DNA from: Oceanisphaera sp.
GTDB taxonomy: Bacteria > Pseudomonadota > Gammaproteobacteria > Enterobacterales > Aeromonadaceae
Assembly (NCBI GenBank): GCA_052106055.1
Contig: JBQEBI010000001.1
Coordinates: 8,019 to 72,018 of the forward strand
DNA length: 64,000 nt
Direction of reading: 5' to 3'
The notes under the pieces: generated by a model
The model's database searches: none
Seen by the model: the letters and a program-made list of their open reading frames with translations, nothing else
Told to the model about the DNA's origin: nothing
Part shown: piece after piece, positions 1-10,186 of the stretch
How the letters are laid out: each line of letters opens with the position of its first letter
Numbering within the stretch: position 1 is the first letter of the stretch
Translations under genes and position numbers: made by a program

Positions 1-56
1 GTTCTTTATATCTGCCTTCTACTCATTATATTAACAATTTTAATTCTGGTACCAAC

Positions 57-1628
57 GTGGAACTACAGCCTTTTATTCAAAGTTATTGGTCTTTACTGCC
101 TCCTATACTTGCCATTTTATTGGCCATTACTACTCGCCGAGTCTTGTTATCTTTAGGGTTAGGTATCTTACTTGCAGTGTTGTTACTGCAGCAGTTTAAT
201 CCTCTTGCCAGTGCGGCTCACCTTGGTCTCCAAATAGCGGAGCTGTTTTGGGCTGATAACACCATTAATGAATGGAATGTAAATATATTGTTATTTTTGC
301 TGCTGCTGGGCTGCATTATCAGTATGTTAAGCCGAGTAGGAGCCACACTAGCCTTTGCACAGTGGGCACAAAGTAGAATTAAAAATCGGCGCCAAGCCAA
401 AGTGATGACCGGATTGTTGGTTTTTTTGTTTTTTATTGATGATTACTTTCATAGTTTATCGGTGGGCACTATTTGTCGACCGGTTACCGACCGATTTAAT
501 ATCTCGCGCGCTAAGCTTGCTTACTTACTCGATTCCACTGCGGCACCGGTTTGTGTTCTTATGCCCATCTCGTCGTGGGGGGCCTATATTATTGCATTAA
601 TAGGCGGTATTTTGGCCAGTCATAGCTTAACAGGGCAAAGTGCCTTAGGGGCCTTTATGCTGATGGGCAGCATGAACTTTTATGCTATTTTTACCCTGCT
701 AATGGTGTTACTGGTTATTAAAGGAGGCTGGGATTTAGGCGCCATGGATCAGCACGAGCAGCAAGCGCTACAAGGTCAGCTGTTTGATGCCAGCAAGGGT
801 GCCCCTCCTGGTGTAAGCGACAGTGCAGAGCAAGCTTCTGCGGGGCGTATGAGTGAATTATTACTGGCCATAGGCACGCTTACATTAGTTACCGTGCTGG
901 CGTTATTGTTTACCGGCGCACAGGCGCTTAATGATGCCCAAACTCCTTTTAATGTTTTAGCCGCGCTAGAAAATACTAATGTAGGGCGTTCTTTAGTATT
1001 AGGAGGGGTTGCCGGCTTACTAGTGTGCGTGTATGCCATGCTAAAACAAAAGGTAAGCTTAGCTGATTGGGGGCAGACCATACTCATCGGCATTAAAGGC
1101 ATGCTGCCGGCCATTTATATCTTATTGTTTGCTTGGACATTAGCCGGCTTAATTGGCGAGCTAGAAACCGGGCACTACCTTGCCTCTTTAGTGCAGCAAA
1201 GCATCCCTTTATTTATGCTACCGGCTATTTTATTTTTACTCGCCGGTGTTATGGCATTTGCTACCGGCACCAGCTGGGGGACATTTGGTATTATGTTACC
1301 AATAGCTGCCGATATGACCATGGCGATTGATGCTCAGCTGTTATTGCCGGGCATGTCTGCAGTTATGGCCGGGGCAGTATTTGGCGATCATTGCTCGCCT
1401 ATTTCAGACACCACCATATTGTCTTCTACTGGCGCCTCTTGTCATCATATTGATCATGTTGTGACTCAATTACCCTATGCACTATCTATTGCTGTGGTAA
1501 GCATTATTGGTTATTTAGCATTAGGGTATACAGCATCAGTGGGGGTTGGACTGGCTGCGGCAAGCGGTGGCTTTATATTGGTGTTAGCAGTGTGGCGGTT
1601 TATACAAAGACAGAGTCATTGTCAGTAG
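57..1628 (+). CDS. NhaC-family Na+/H+ antiporter-like membrane transporter
   Basis: 523-aa polytopic hydrophobic ORF. The N-terminus (SYWSLLPPILAILLAITTRR) and the C-terminal GDHCSPISDTT motif resemble NhaC-type antiporters. GTG start; the frame stays open to the window edge, so the 5' end is uncertain. Confidence 0.6.
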   Translation: MELQPFIQSYWSLLPPILAILLAITTRRVLLSLGLGILLAVLLLQQFNPLASAAHLGLQIAELFWADNTINEWNVNILLFLLLLGCIISMLSRVGATLAFAQWAQSRIKNRRQAKVMTGLLVFLFFIDDYFHSLSVGTICRPVTDRFNISRAKLAYLLDSTAAPVCVLMPISSWGAYIIALIGGILASHSLTGQSALGAFMLMGSMNFYAIFTLLMVLLVIKGGWDLGAMDQHEQQALQGQLFDASKGAPPGVSDSAEQASAGRMSELLLAIGTLTLVTVLALLFTGAQALNDAQTPFNVLAALENTNVGRSLVLGGVAGLLVCVYAMLKQKVSLADWGQTILIGIKGMLPAIYILLFAWTLAGLIGELETGHYLASLVQQSIPLFMLPAILFLLAGVMAFATGTSWGTFGIMLPIAADMTMAIDAQLLLPGMSAVMAGAVFGDHCSPISDTTILSSTGASCHHIDHVVTQLPYALSIAVVSIIGYLALGYTASVGVGLAAASGGFILVLAVWRFIQRQSHCQ

Positions 1629-1660
1629 CTTAGTTTGTAGGGTTATAACACTTTTGCTAT

Positions 1661-1692
1661 ACGCATGGGTTTTTTGTGAGAACCCCATGCGT
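1661..1692. terminator. hairpin between convergent genes (bidirectional terminator candidate)
   Basis: acgcatgggt / accccatgcgt stem with a T-rich loop, lying between the + strand transporter stop and the - strand EAL-HDOD stop. Confidence 0.5.
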
Positions 1693-1699
1693 CTGCGGT

Positions 1700-2923
1700 T
1701 TAAACATGATGCCTATCGGTGAGTTGTTTACTCCACTGTATGGCTTGTTCATAAAACTGACTACTATCATGTTGGTTTAAGTTAGCAAACGTTAATCGTT
1801 GCTCTAACATTGGCCAGTTCGCCTGTTCTTGATCTTGCATCATGCCCATTAAAAAACCCAGTTGCCCTTTTTGTTCTAGTAGTGCTTGCTGCACCGGCTC
1901 CGTCACTGATAAGTGGGGTAATATATCGGCAATGGGTCTTTCTAATAAGGTATCTAACAAAGAGAATAGCCCACAAATAAATGCATCATCTTGCAAATGA
2001 GGGCATACTTTTTCGGCCAACAGTTCACACCATTTGGCTCGGATCATTGAGATACGATATAACTCAATGTTTTTGTTTTTACTAATATAAGCCGTCATCA
2101 TTAAGGCTGTAAAACGCCTAAGCTGTTGGTGACCTAAAAATACAATCGCATTACGTAAATTATCAATATTTTTTTGCTTGTAACCACTATGTAAGCTATT
2201 TACATGACGCAATAGGTAATAAGACAGTGATAAATCTTGGCTAAATAGCTCGGTTAACTTATCGTAATCAAGCTCAGGCTCATTAACTGCTGATAGTAGC
2301 TCAAAACCGGTCATTTCATCAGTGGTTAAAATACGGCGGCTGATCACCTGTGGTTGTTGAAAGTAATAACCCTGAAATAAGTCAAACCCTGCCGCTTTGG
2401 CATCGGTATATTCTTGCTGGTTTTCTACTTTTTCGGCAATAAATTTAATGTGTGAATGGCGCTGGTAGGTTTTGATAAAGCTTGCGCACTCCGCCATTGA
2501 AAGCTCGCGCAAATCAAGTTTAATAAAGTCAATAAAAGGAAAAAACTTCTCCCATTGCTGACTGGGTATATGGTCGTCCAGTGCGGTTTTAAAACCGGAT
2601 TTTTTGAGTAATTTAACACTCTCTAATAATGCCATATCGGGAGTGGCATTTTCTAAAATTTCTACCACTAACTGCTGCTGTGCAAAACTGTCGCGCATAT
2701 CTTCGCGAATTAATGAATCAGGGAAGTTAACAAAGCACAGCGCTTGCCCTACTAAATCTTCAATTTTTTGGCTCAAAAACTGTTCGGCCATTAAGCGACG
2801 GGTAGCATCCTCTGCTCCCATTTCAGGAAAACGATTTTCGAGGCTGGTACGAAATAACAATTCATAGCCAAAGGGGTTACCTTGACTATCTAAAATAGCT
2901 TGTCTGGCTACAAAGCAGCGCAT
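1700..2923 (-). CDS. EAL-like domain plus HDOD domain signalling protein
   Basis: Starts MRCFVARQAILDSQGNPFGYELLFR, a typical EAL N-terminus. Motifs IKLD, AEKVEN and QGYYFQQP are present, with an HDOD-like C-terminal half. Start moved to ATG 2923 because the longer ORF runs through the fadL terminator. Confidence 0.75.
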   Translation of the reverse strand: MRCFVARQAILDSQGNPFGYELLFRTSLENRFPEMGAEDATRRLMAEQFLSQKIEDLVGQALCFVNFPDSLIREDMRDSFAQQQLVVEILENATPDMALLESVKLLKKSGFKTALDDHIPSQQWEKFFPFIDFIKLDLRELSMAECASFIKTYQRHSHIKFIAEKVENQQEYTDAKAAGFDLFQGYYFQQPQVISRRILTTDEMTGFELLSAVNEPELDYDKLTELFSQDLSLSYYLLRHVNSLHSGYKQKNIDNLRNAIVFLGHQQLRRFTALMMTAYISKNKNIELYRISMIRAKWCELLAEKVCPHLQDDAFICGLFSLLDTLLERPIADILPHLSVTEPVQQALLEQKGQLGFLMGMMQDQEQANWPMLEQRLTFANLNQHDSSQFYEQAIQWSKQLTDRHHV

Positions 2924-2988
2924 AATGATCCCGAACAAAAATAATGACGGAGCAAATATACAGCATTGTGTTTCGATAAACAAAGCGA

Positions 2989-3014
2989 ACAAAAAAGCGC
3001 CCAAGAGGGCGCTT
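2989..3014 (-). terminator. rho-independent terminator of fadL
   Basis: On the minus strand: aagcgccc-tctt-gggcgctt stem followed by a tttttt run, 30 nt after the fadL stop. Confidence 0.8.
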
Positions 3015-3043
3015 AAATAGTGTGATATAAAAAGAGCAAATAC

Positions 3044-4333
3044 TTAAAAAGCGTAGTTCATTTGTAAGCCCATTAAGTAAGCATCACCGCCGGATTCAAA
3101 TTCATATGCCCCTTTTCCTATCACTTTGCTGTCTTCAACTACCGTTACTTTTTCACCGTCTAAAAAGGCAAAGGCGGCATCAAAGCTTAAGTTTTGGTTA
3201 TAAGCATAAGTGGCCCCCAAGGTATACCATGTGCGGTCTACATCAGGAATAGAAATAGAGCGTGCGCTTTCTGGCACCGGTGATTGGTCATAGGCAATAC
3301 CACCGCGCAGCGTCCACTGATCGTTTAATTGATGAGTGGCACCGGCACTAACACGCCAGCTATTGTCAAAACCTTCGTCTTTTTGGAATAGCTCTTTACC
3401 TTGCGGGCTGACTGCTTTTAATTCTTTAAAGCTGCTCCACTCCGTCCACATCACGCCATAATGGAGTGCCCAGTCGGGTTGTATTTGGTGGAAGCCGGAC
3501 ACCTCGGCGATGGCAGGCAATGTCAGGTCTACGCTACCTGGTCTACTTTGACCATTAAGCCCACCAGCGACTACGGGAAGTTGGTCGGAGAACTTACCTT
3601 CTAAGGTTAAATCGACCTCAGAGCGATAGGCTAAGGCCCAGCGGTTATTATCATTGGCTTCTAGTAGTAAGCCAATATTCCAGCCATAACCCCAATCATC
3701 ACCTGTTAAATTTACAACCTCATCACTCGCGTTACCGCCGACACCATTAGGTGGAGTTGCGCTAAGAATACCTTTATGACGAATAATCTCAGCATCGGCA
3801 TAGACGGCGTTAAAGCCGGCGCCAATAGAAATATGCTTATTGGCCTTAAACGCAATGCTGGGATTAAGGTTAATGGTTTCTAATGAGGTGCTACCGGCAG
3901 CTTCTCCTGCAAAGTGATTATCTTGATAAGTGGTGGATAACCCATAATTAGTAAAGGCGCCAAACCCGGCGGTCCATTGCTCATTTAGGGGCTGCACATA
4001 ATAAAAGAAAGGTACTACGGCGCTGTCACCAATATCATCTGATTGGGTCGGCAGGTTTGTCCCTTGGGCGTTAGCCCCTTTACCTTCTACATCAATCTCG
4101 GGGTTAACATGAATCGCACCCAGAGATAGAGCAGGGCGCTTTAATAAGGTCATGGCAGCAGGGTTTCTCCCCAATACAGAGGCATTATCACCAATTGCGC
4201 CTTCACCTGAATAGGCCCGTCCTAGGCCTGTGGCGTTTTGTTCAGCCAGCTGAAACGCTGCCGAGTGAGCTTGCCCTGCAGCCAAGGCAATGGATGCGGC
4301 AACTAAAGATAACTTCAATGTTTTTTGGCTCAT
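3044..4333 (-). CDS. fadL: long-chain fatty acid outer-membrane transporter FadL
   Basis: Signal peptide MSQKTLKLSLVAASIALAAGQAHSAAF, then FQLAEQNATGLGRAYSGEGA..NPAAM, a typical FadL/TodX N-terminus. Beta-barrel-like alternating sequence ending in F. Start chosen at ATG 4333. Confidence 0.85.
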   Translation of the reverse strand: MSQKTLKLSLVAASIALAAGQAHSAAFQLAEQNATGLGRAYSGEGAIGDNASVLGRNPAAMTLLKRPALSLGAIHVNPEIDVEGKGANAQGTNLPTQSDDIGDSAVVPFFYYVQPLNEQWTAGFGAFTNYGLSTTYQDNHFAGEAAGSTSLETINLNPSIAFKANKHISIGAGFNAVYADAEIIRHKGILSATPPNGVGGNASDEVVNLTGDDWGYGWNIGLLLEANDNNRWALAYRSEVDLTLEGKFSDQLPVVAGGLNGQSRPGSVDLTLPAIAEVSGFHQIQPDWALHYGVMWTEWSSFKELKAVSPQGKELFQKDEGFDNSWRVSAGATHQLNDQWTLRGGIAYDQSPVPESARSISIPDVDRTWYTLGATYAYNQNLSFDAAFAFLDGEKVTVVEDSKVIGKGAYEFESGGDAYLMGLQMNYAF

Positions 4334-4436
4334 GAAAGACTCTCTCATCCGTTAGGTGTTGGTGGTGCGCCATACTGCTGCGCATGAATAAATGATGAAA
4401 TCTTACTCACAGGCAGCATATTTAAATGTTACATAA

Positions 4437-4470
4437 AAGTAAAACGCTTGTTTAAATAAACAAGCGTTTT
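4437..4470 (-). terminator. terminator hairpin after putP
   Basis: Near-perfect palindrome aaaacgcttgttta..taaacaagcgtttt, 28 nt downstream of the putP stop. Confidence 0.7.
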
Positions 4471-4497
4471 AACTATTTGTGTGAGCAAGATCAAATA

Positions 4498-5970
4498 TTA
4501 GAGTTCAGACTCCATTCTTCTAAAGCCCAACACCACTTCTTTACTGGGCGGGGTGCCCAGACGGCTGATAACAAGGCAGGCCAAGGCACAAATAACAAAG
4601 CCGGGCACAATTTCATAAAGATCAAAAATACCCAAAGGCCCACCAGAAAGCTGCTTCCAGCCAATAACCGTTAACGCCCCCAGCACAATGCCGCTTAGCG
4701 CACCATTACGGGTAAGGTGAGGCCAAAATAACGCAATAATAATCACAGGACCAAAGGCACCGCCAAAACCGGCCCAAGCATAGCTGACTAGGTCTAAGAC
4801 CGATGACTCAGGGTCTAGCGCAATAATAATAGAGCAGACCGCCACCAGCACGACAGCAAAACGGCCCACCCAAATTAGCTCATTTTCGGGAGCATGGGGG
4901 CGAAACCAACGCTTATAAAAGTCTTCGGTAATGGCCGATGAACACACTAACAGCTGTGAATCTATGGTACTCATAATGGCCGACATAATAGCGGCAATCA
5001 GTAAACCGGCCACCCAAGGGTTAAACACAGCATTAGCTAACGCCAAAAAGACGGTCTCTGAGTTTTCTAGTGGTGCATCAGCAAAATACACAGCCCCTGC
5101 TAAGCCAACACCGACAGAGCCGATGAGTGACAAAATCATCCAGCTCATGGCAATACGACGAGACAGCGCCACCGATTTGGGCGAGTCAATAGCCATAAAG
5201 CGAGCCAAAATATGTGGCTGACCAAAATAGCCTAACCCCCACGCCAGCAAGCTTAAACCGCTGATCAGTGAAAAATCATGAAAGAAATCCAGCTTATTAG
5301 CGTCCATACTTTCTAGCGTTGCCAGAGTTTCATTCATGCCTCCTAGCTCATTCATTACCGCCCAAGGCACCACAATTAATGCTAATAACATTAAAATGCC
5401 CTGAAAAAAATCGGTCCAAGAGACAGCTAAAAAACCACCGGCAAAGGTATAAAGCATGATCACACCGCCGCCAATTAATAAGGCGGTTAAATAAGGTAGG
5501 GCGAACACTTTTTCAAACAAAATGGCACCTGCCACTAAGCCAGAAGCGGTATAGAAGGCAAAGAAAATGAGAATGGTTAATGCAGAAATCACGCGAATTA
5601 ACCCTGATCGATCAGCCAATCTATTTTCTAAAAAGTCGGGCAAGGTAAGCGAGTCATTGGCCTGCTCTGTGTATACGCGCAAGCGTTTAGCCACAAATAG
5701 CCAGTTAAGCCAAGCACCTATCACTAAGCCAATACCAATCCAAGCCTGACTAATACCGTAAAGGTAGACGGCGCCAGGCAGGCCCAGTAGCAGCCAACCA
5801 CTCATGTCTGAGGCGCCCACACTTAAAGCTGCTACCCCAGGGCCTAAGCGGCGGCCTCCTAATATGTAGTCACTTAACGAGCTGGTGGCTCTATAAGCAA
5901 TCACACCAATTAACATAGTAATAATAAGATAACCCACAAAGGTTATTAGTATAGGGAGTTCGATGGTCAT
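4498..5970 (-). CDS. putP: sodium/proline symporter PutP (SSS family)
   Basis: MTIELPILITFVGYLIITMLIGVIAYRATSSLSDYILGGRRLGPGVAALSVGASDMSGWLLLGLPGA closely matches the PutP N-terminus. AGGA RBS 7 nt before ATG 5970. Confidence 0.9.
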   Translation of the reverse strand: MTIELPILITFVGYLIITMLIGVIAYRATSSLSDYILGGRRLGPGVAALSVGASDMSGWLLLGLPGAVYLYGISQAWIGIGLVIGAWLNWLFVAKRLRVYTEQANDSLTLPDFLENRLADRSGLIRVISALTILIFFAFYTASGLVAGAILFEKVFALPYLTALLIGGGVIMLYTFAGGFLAVSWTDFFQGILMLLALIVVPWAVMNELGGMNETLATLESMDANKLDFFHDFSLISGLSLLAWGLGYFGQPHILARFMAIDSPKSVALSRRIAMSWMILSLIGSVGVGLAGAVYFADAPLENSETVFLALANAVFNPWVAGLLIAAIMSAIMSTIDSQLLVCSSAITEDFYKRWFRPHAPENELIWVGRFAVVLVAVCSIIIALDPESSVLDLVSYAWAGFGGAFGPVIIIALFWPHLTRNGALSGIVLGALTVIGWKQLSGGPLGIFDLYEIVPGFVICALACLVISRLGTPPSKEVVLGFRRMESEL

Positions 5971-6392
5971 AGCGTTTCCTGTTGTGTCGAACAGCGCGTT
6001 CGCTTCCATGGAGTTGAAGTAAGATAAGAGCCAATCAGCTCAATAGTAAATTGGGCTGAATCTTACCGCATAAAATCGAATAACTCTCGATAACTCTAAC
6101 CATATGACTTAACTGCATAATAAGCGAACAGCAGCGGGATAATAATGAGCCAATATGGTCATTTATTAGGAGTTTTTAATCATTTATTAGCGCTGGCGCA
6201 CAAAAATATCGGTGCCACCACTCAGGCTTTACCTTGTCATACTGACAAAAGTTAGGACCTCGCTTTAGTCTTTTAGCTAGGCGCTAGCCTTAAGCCTAAA
6301 GCAAGGATGCTTTTTGGAGTGGCCCCGTTTAAGGCTGATCGCTGGCAAAGCGGGTATGTTTGCTCCTTGTTAATTATTTGCTAGGATGTTGC

Positions 6393-6405
6393 GAGGTCAG
6401 ACCTC
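6393..6405. promoter_or_regulatory. candidate FadR-type operator
   Basis: Perfect 13-nt palindrome gaggtcagacctc about 67 nt upstream of the fadI start. The core GGTCAGACC resembles the FadR box core TGGTCnGACC. Confidence 0.35.
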
Positions 6406-6471
6406 TTATGCTGATTGGGCTAGCTAAATGCCCGCTACAGAGTGCGACCCCTACCTTCTAAAGGAGCATAC

Positions 6472-7785
6472 ATGTTGCCAACTAACCCATTAACGACCCA
6501 TAAGGGTGATCGTATTGCCATAGTGTCGGGACTCAGAACCCCCTTTGCTCGCCAATCAAGCGCGTTTCGCGGTATTCCTGCCCTTGAATTAGGAACCATG
6601 GTAGTCAACGAATTACTGGCACGTACCCCCATGGCGGCAAGCGAGGTACAACAGCTGGTATTTGGCCAAGTGGTGCAAATGCCCACAGCCCCCAATATTG
6701 CGCGCGAAATTGTATTAGCCAGTACCTTGCCTGTACATACAGACGCTTACAGTGTGATCCGAGCCTGCGCCACTAGCTTTCAGGCGGTGTCTAGCTTGGC
6801 AGAGTCGATGTTGGCGGGGCAAGTTGAAGTCGGAATTGCCGGCGGCGCCGATTCGTCATCGGTGTTACCAATAGGGGTATCTAAGCGCTTAGCCGAGGCT
6901 CTGCTAGAGTTAAGCAAAGCGAAATCACTGCGCGCTAAGCTTGCAATTATACGCCGCTTACGGGCCAAAGATCTTGCCCCTGTGCCCCCTGCAGTGGCGG
7001 AATATTCAACTGGGCTTTCTATGGGGCAAACGGCCGAACAAATGGCAAAAAGTCATGGTATTAGCCGACAAGCCCAAGACAAGCTGGCGCATCGCTCTCA
7101 TCAACTCGCTACAGAGGCATGGCAGCAAGGGCGATTAACAAACCAAGTCATGGCCACCTATACACCGCCTTTTAAGGCCGCCTTTGAGCAAGACAATAAT
7201 ATTCGTACCGAGTCAAACTTAGCCGATTATACCAAGCTAAAACCTGCGTTTGATAAGCGCCATGGCACAGTGACTGCCGCCACCAGTACCCCGCTAACCG
7301 ATGGGGCGGCGGCGATCTTAATGATGACCGAAAGCCGAGCCAAGGCGCTGGGGCTAGAGCCGTTGGGATATTTGCGCAGTTATGCTTATGCCGCTATTAG
7401 CGTGCAAGAAGACATGCTACTGGGGCCTGCTTATGCCACACCGCTTGCACTTGATAAAGCGGGGTGCACGCTAGCCGATATGGATATGATTGAGATGCAC
7501 GAAGCCTTTAGTGCACAAACCCTGGCCAATATTAAGATGTTTGCCAGTGCCGAGTTTGCTAAGCAAAAACTCAATCGTGAGCAGGCAATAGGTGAAATAG
7601 ATATGGACAAATTTAATGTGTTGGGTGGCTCATTAGCTTATGGCCATCCGTTTGCGGCAACGGGGGCGCGTATGATCACCCAAACGCTTACCGAGCTTAA
7701 TCGTCGTGGTGGCGGTTTAGCTCTTACCACCGCCTGTGCCGCCGGTGGGTTAGGAGTTGCCATGGTATTGGAGGGCGCAAAATAA
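6472..7785 (+). CDS. fadI: 3-ketoacyl-CoA thiolase FadI
   Basis: Thiolase motifs ([10 protein letters not shown] active-site Cys region; C-terminal ACAAGGLG). About 437 aa with an AAGGA RBS. Stop overlaps the fadJ start. Confidence 0.9.
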   Translation: MLPTNPLTTHKGDRIAIVSGLRTPFARQSSAFRGIPALELGTMVVNELLARTPMAASEVQQLVFGQVVQMPTAPNIAREIVLASTLPVHTDAYSVIRACATSFQAVSSLAESMLAGQVEVGIAGGADSSSVLPIGVSKRLAEALLELSKAKSLRAKLAIIRRLRAKDLAPVPPAVAEYSTGLSMGQTAEQMAKSHGISRQAQDKLAHRSHQLATEAWQQGRLTNQVMATYTPPFKAAFEQDNNIRTESNLADYTKLKPAFDKRHGTVTAATSTPLTDGAAAILMMTESRAKALGLEPLGYLRSYAYAAISVQEDMLLGPAYATPLALDKAGCTLADMDMIEMHEAFSAQTLANIKMFASAEFAKQKLNREQAIGEIDMDKFNVLGGSLAYGHPFAATGARMITQTLTELNRRGGGLALTTACAAGGLGVAMVLEGAK

Positions 7786-9944
7786 TGAATGATGTCATAC
7801 AAAATTCCCTCGCTGAACAACCTCAGCCGGCCACCTTTACCCTGCGTGAGCAAGATGAAATTGGCATTATTACCATGGATGTGCCGGGCGAGCGAATGAA
7901 CACGCTGCGCGACAGCTTTGTTGATGAAATTAACCATTTACTGACCGACATTAAGACCAAAAAGCACCTTACCGGTCTCGTACTCTGCTCTGGCAAGCCA
8001 GACTCTTTTATTGCCGGTGCCGATGTTAATATGCTTGCCGCTTGTACCAGTGCTAAGCAGGCCGAAGATCTATCAAGTGCGGGGCAAGCTATTTTTAACC
8101 AACTTGGTGAATTGGAATTGCCGTTAATTGCCGCCATACATGGTCCTTGTTTAGGGGGAGGGCTAGAGCTTGCCATGGCATGCCACGCCCGGGTGTGCAG
8201 TGATGATGCCAAAACCCGCTTAGGCTTACCCGAGGTGCAGTTGGGACTAATTCCGGGCTCGGGCGGTACTCAGCGCTTGCCGGCACTGGTGGGGTTAACT
8301 AAGGCTTTGGATATGATGTTAACCGGTAAACAATTACGCGCAAAACAAGCGCTTAAAGCCGGTTTAGTCGATGATATGGTACCCGCCAGTATTTTACTGG
8401 ATACGGCCATCGCCTTGGCACGCAGTGGTAAAACGCAACGCCAGCCCAAGCAAAATATAAAAAATTGGGCGCTAGCTGCAAACCCATTAGGCAGAAAGCT
8501 GGTGTTTGATAAAGCGCTTAGTACTGTGAATGCCAAAACACGCGGTAACTATCCAGCCCCTCAACAATTACTTGAAGTGATAAAAGTGGGCCTTGAGCAG
8601 GGTATCAAGCAAGGGTTGGCTGCTGAAGCTCGTGCTTTTGGTAAGTTAGTGATGACGCCAGAATCAGCCGCGTTACGCCAACTGTTTTTTGCTACCACTG
8701 AGATGAAAAAAGAAACCCACTGGCAAGGCGCTAAGCCAGCAACATTAGCCCATATTGGGGTACTCGGCGGTGGCTTAATGGGAGGAGGGATTGCTTTTGT
8801 TACTGCTACCAAAGCGGGCTTGCCGGTGCGAATAAAAGATATTTCTCACCAAGGTATTAACCATGCCATGGCCAGTGCTCATGGTTTGCTGGCTGCCAAA
8901 GTGCGCAAGCGTCACCTGCGCGCCACCGAAATGCAGCAGCAGTTAGGCCGCATTACTGCCACCTTAGATTACAGCGGTTTTGCGCGCGCAGACATGGTAA
9001 TAGAAGCGGTATTTGAAGATGTTGACGTAAAGCGCAGCATGGTGGCTGATATAGAAGCTCATTGCCCTGCGCACACGCTATTTGCCACTAATACTTCTTC
9101 GTTGCCTATTCACCAAATTGCTAAAGGAGCAGCCCGGCCCGAGCACATATTAGGGCTGCATTACTTTAGCCCAGTTGATAAAATGCCGCTGGCAGAAATT
9201 ATTCCCCATGCAGGAACAGCCCCCGCTGCTGTGGCCAGTGCACTTAAGCTGGCGCGGGCACAGGGCAAAACGCCCATAGTGGTAACCGACAGCGCCGGCT
9301 TTTATGTAAACCGTGTTTTAGCACCATATTTAAATGAAGCTGCTCGACTATTATTAGAAGGGGAGCCGATAGAGGTGATTGACAGCGCCTTGGTTGATTA
9401 CGGTTTTCCGGTGGGGCCCATGACCTTGTTAGATGAAGTGGGCATTGATGTGGCCGCTAAAATTTCACCCATTTTAGCGCAAGAGCTAGGTGAGCGTTTT
9501 AAAGCGCCGGATGTTTTTTCTAAGTTATTGGATGACAATCGTCACGGCAAAAAAAATCAGCGGGGCTTTTATCGCTACAGTGATAAAAACAGCCGTAAAA
9601 AAACCAAGCCCGTAGACGACAGTCTCTACGCATTGCTTAACGTTAAACCGCAAAGTCAACTGCCCGCTCAAGATCTAGCAGAGCGCTGCGTATTGCTAAT
9701 GCTAAATGAGGCGGCCATTGCTCTAGATGAAGGGGTGGTTACTTCTGCGCGAGACGGTGATGTGGGCGCGGTATTTGGCATTGGTTTTCCCCCTTTTGCT
9801 GGTGGCCCTTTCTTTTATATGCATCAGTTAGGCATACCCGCGGTAATCGAAAAAATGCAAACCTATACCCGAAAATACGGTGAGCGTTTTACTCCCTGTG
9901 AGCCCTTGCTGCGTTTAGCCGAACAAGGAAAGAGTTATTACTAA
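7785..9944 (+). CDS. fadJ: fatty acid oxidation complex alpha subunit FadJ (enoyl-CoA hydratase / 3-hydroxyacyl-CoA dehydrogenase)
   Basis: 719 aa. Crotonase fold (GPCLGGGLELAMAC) followed by an NAD-binding GVLGGGLMGGGIA dehydrogenase domain. Coupled to fadI. Confidence 0.9.
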   Translation: MNDVIQNSLAEQPQPATFTLREQDEIGIITMDVPGERMNTLRDSFVDEINHLLTDIKTKKHLTGLVLCSGKPDSFIAGADVNMLAACTSAKQAEDLSSAGQAIFNQLGELELPLIAAIHGPCLGGGLELAMACHARVCSDDAKTRLGLPEVQLGLIPGSGGTQRLPALVGLTKALDMMLTGKQLRAKQALKAGLVDDMVPASILLDTAIALARSGKTQRQPKQNIKNWALAANPLGRKLVFDKALSTVNAKTRGNYPAPQQLLEVIKVGLEQGIKQGLAAEARAFGKLVMTPESAALRQLFFATTEMKKETHWQGAKPATLAHIGVLGGGLMGGGIAFVTATKAGLPVRIKDISHQGINHAMASAHGLLAAKVRKRHLRATEMQQQLGRITATLDYSGFARADMVIEAVFEDVDVKRSMVADIEAHCPAHTLFATNTSSLPIHQIAKGAARPEHILGLHYFSPVDKMPLAEIIPHAGTAPAAVASALKLARAQGKTPIVVTDSAGFYVNRVLAPYLNEAARLLLEGEPIEVIDSALVDYGFPVGPMTLLDEVGIDVAAKISPILAQELGERFKAPDVFSKLLDDNRHGKKNQRGFYRYSDKNSRKKTKPVDDSLYALLNVKPQSQLPAQDLAERCVLLMLNEAAIALDEGVVTSARDGDVGAVFGIGFPPFAGGPFFYMHQLGIPAVIEKMQTYTRKYGERFTPCEPLLRLAEQGKSYY

Positions 9945-9989
9945 CCGCACAGTACTAAGTGCTTAATATCCGCTTAAAAATTAACATTC

Positions 9990-10014
9990 AGCGCCGAGCC
10001 TCAAACTCGGCGCT
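9990..10014 (+). terminator. hairpin after fadJ
   Basis: agcgccgag-cctcaaa-ctcggcgct stem-loop with a weak T tract. Confidence 0.4.
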
Positions 10015-10121
10015 GTCTTAGCACTACCAGCCGCCGGTATCCAAACCTGTATTTTTCTATAATAGAAGGCGTAGCGTGTTTAAGGTACGGCTGTCTTTTG
10101 GCGCTTATCTTTACCTCTCCC

Positions 10122-10149
10122 CTTGAAATATTTATCGCCACCCCCATCT
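10122..10149 (+). promoter_or_regulatory. sigma-32 heat-shock promoter of htpG
   Basis: CTTGAAA, 13 nt spacer, CCCCATCT. This matches the sigma-32 consensus CTTGAAA-N13-15-CCCCATnT and lies about 40 nt upstream of the htpG start. Confidence 0.75.
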
Positions 10150-10186
10150 TTTAGCTAATAGTCAAACTGAATAAAGGAACAGAGTA

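Noticed and set aside
1-56. Open reading frame continuing from the window edge into the NhaC-like gene
   Set aside because: The upstream 56 nt are AT-rich and encode non-membrane-like residues. GTG at 57 gives a typical transporter N-terminus, but a start outside the window cannot be excluded.
2924-3004. N-terminal extensions given by the ORF track (EAL-HDOD to 3004; also fadL 4348, putP 6009, fadI 6442, fadH 16040, accD 24405, yeiH 44823, smrB 46821, epmC 48788, cysD 53375, jetD-like 40910)
   Set aside because: Internal ATGs with good RBSs align with the known N-termini of the families. Several extensions also cross terminators or neighbouring genes.
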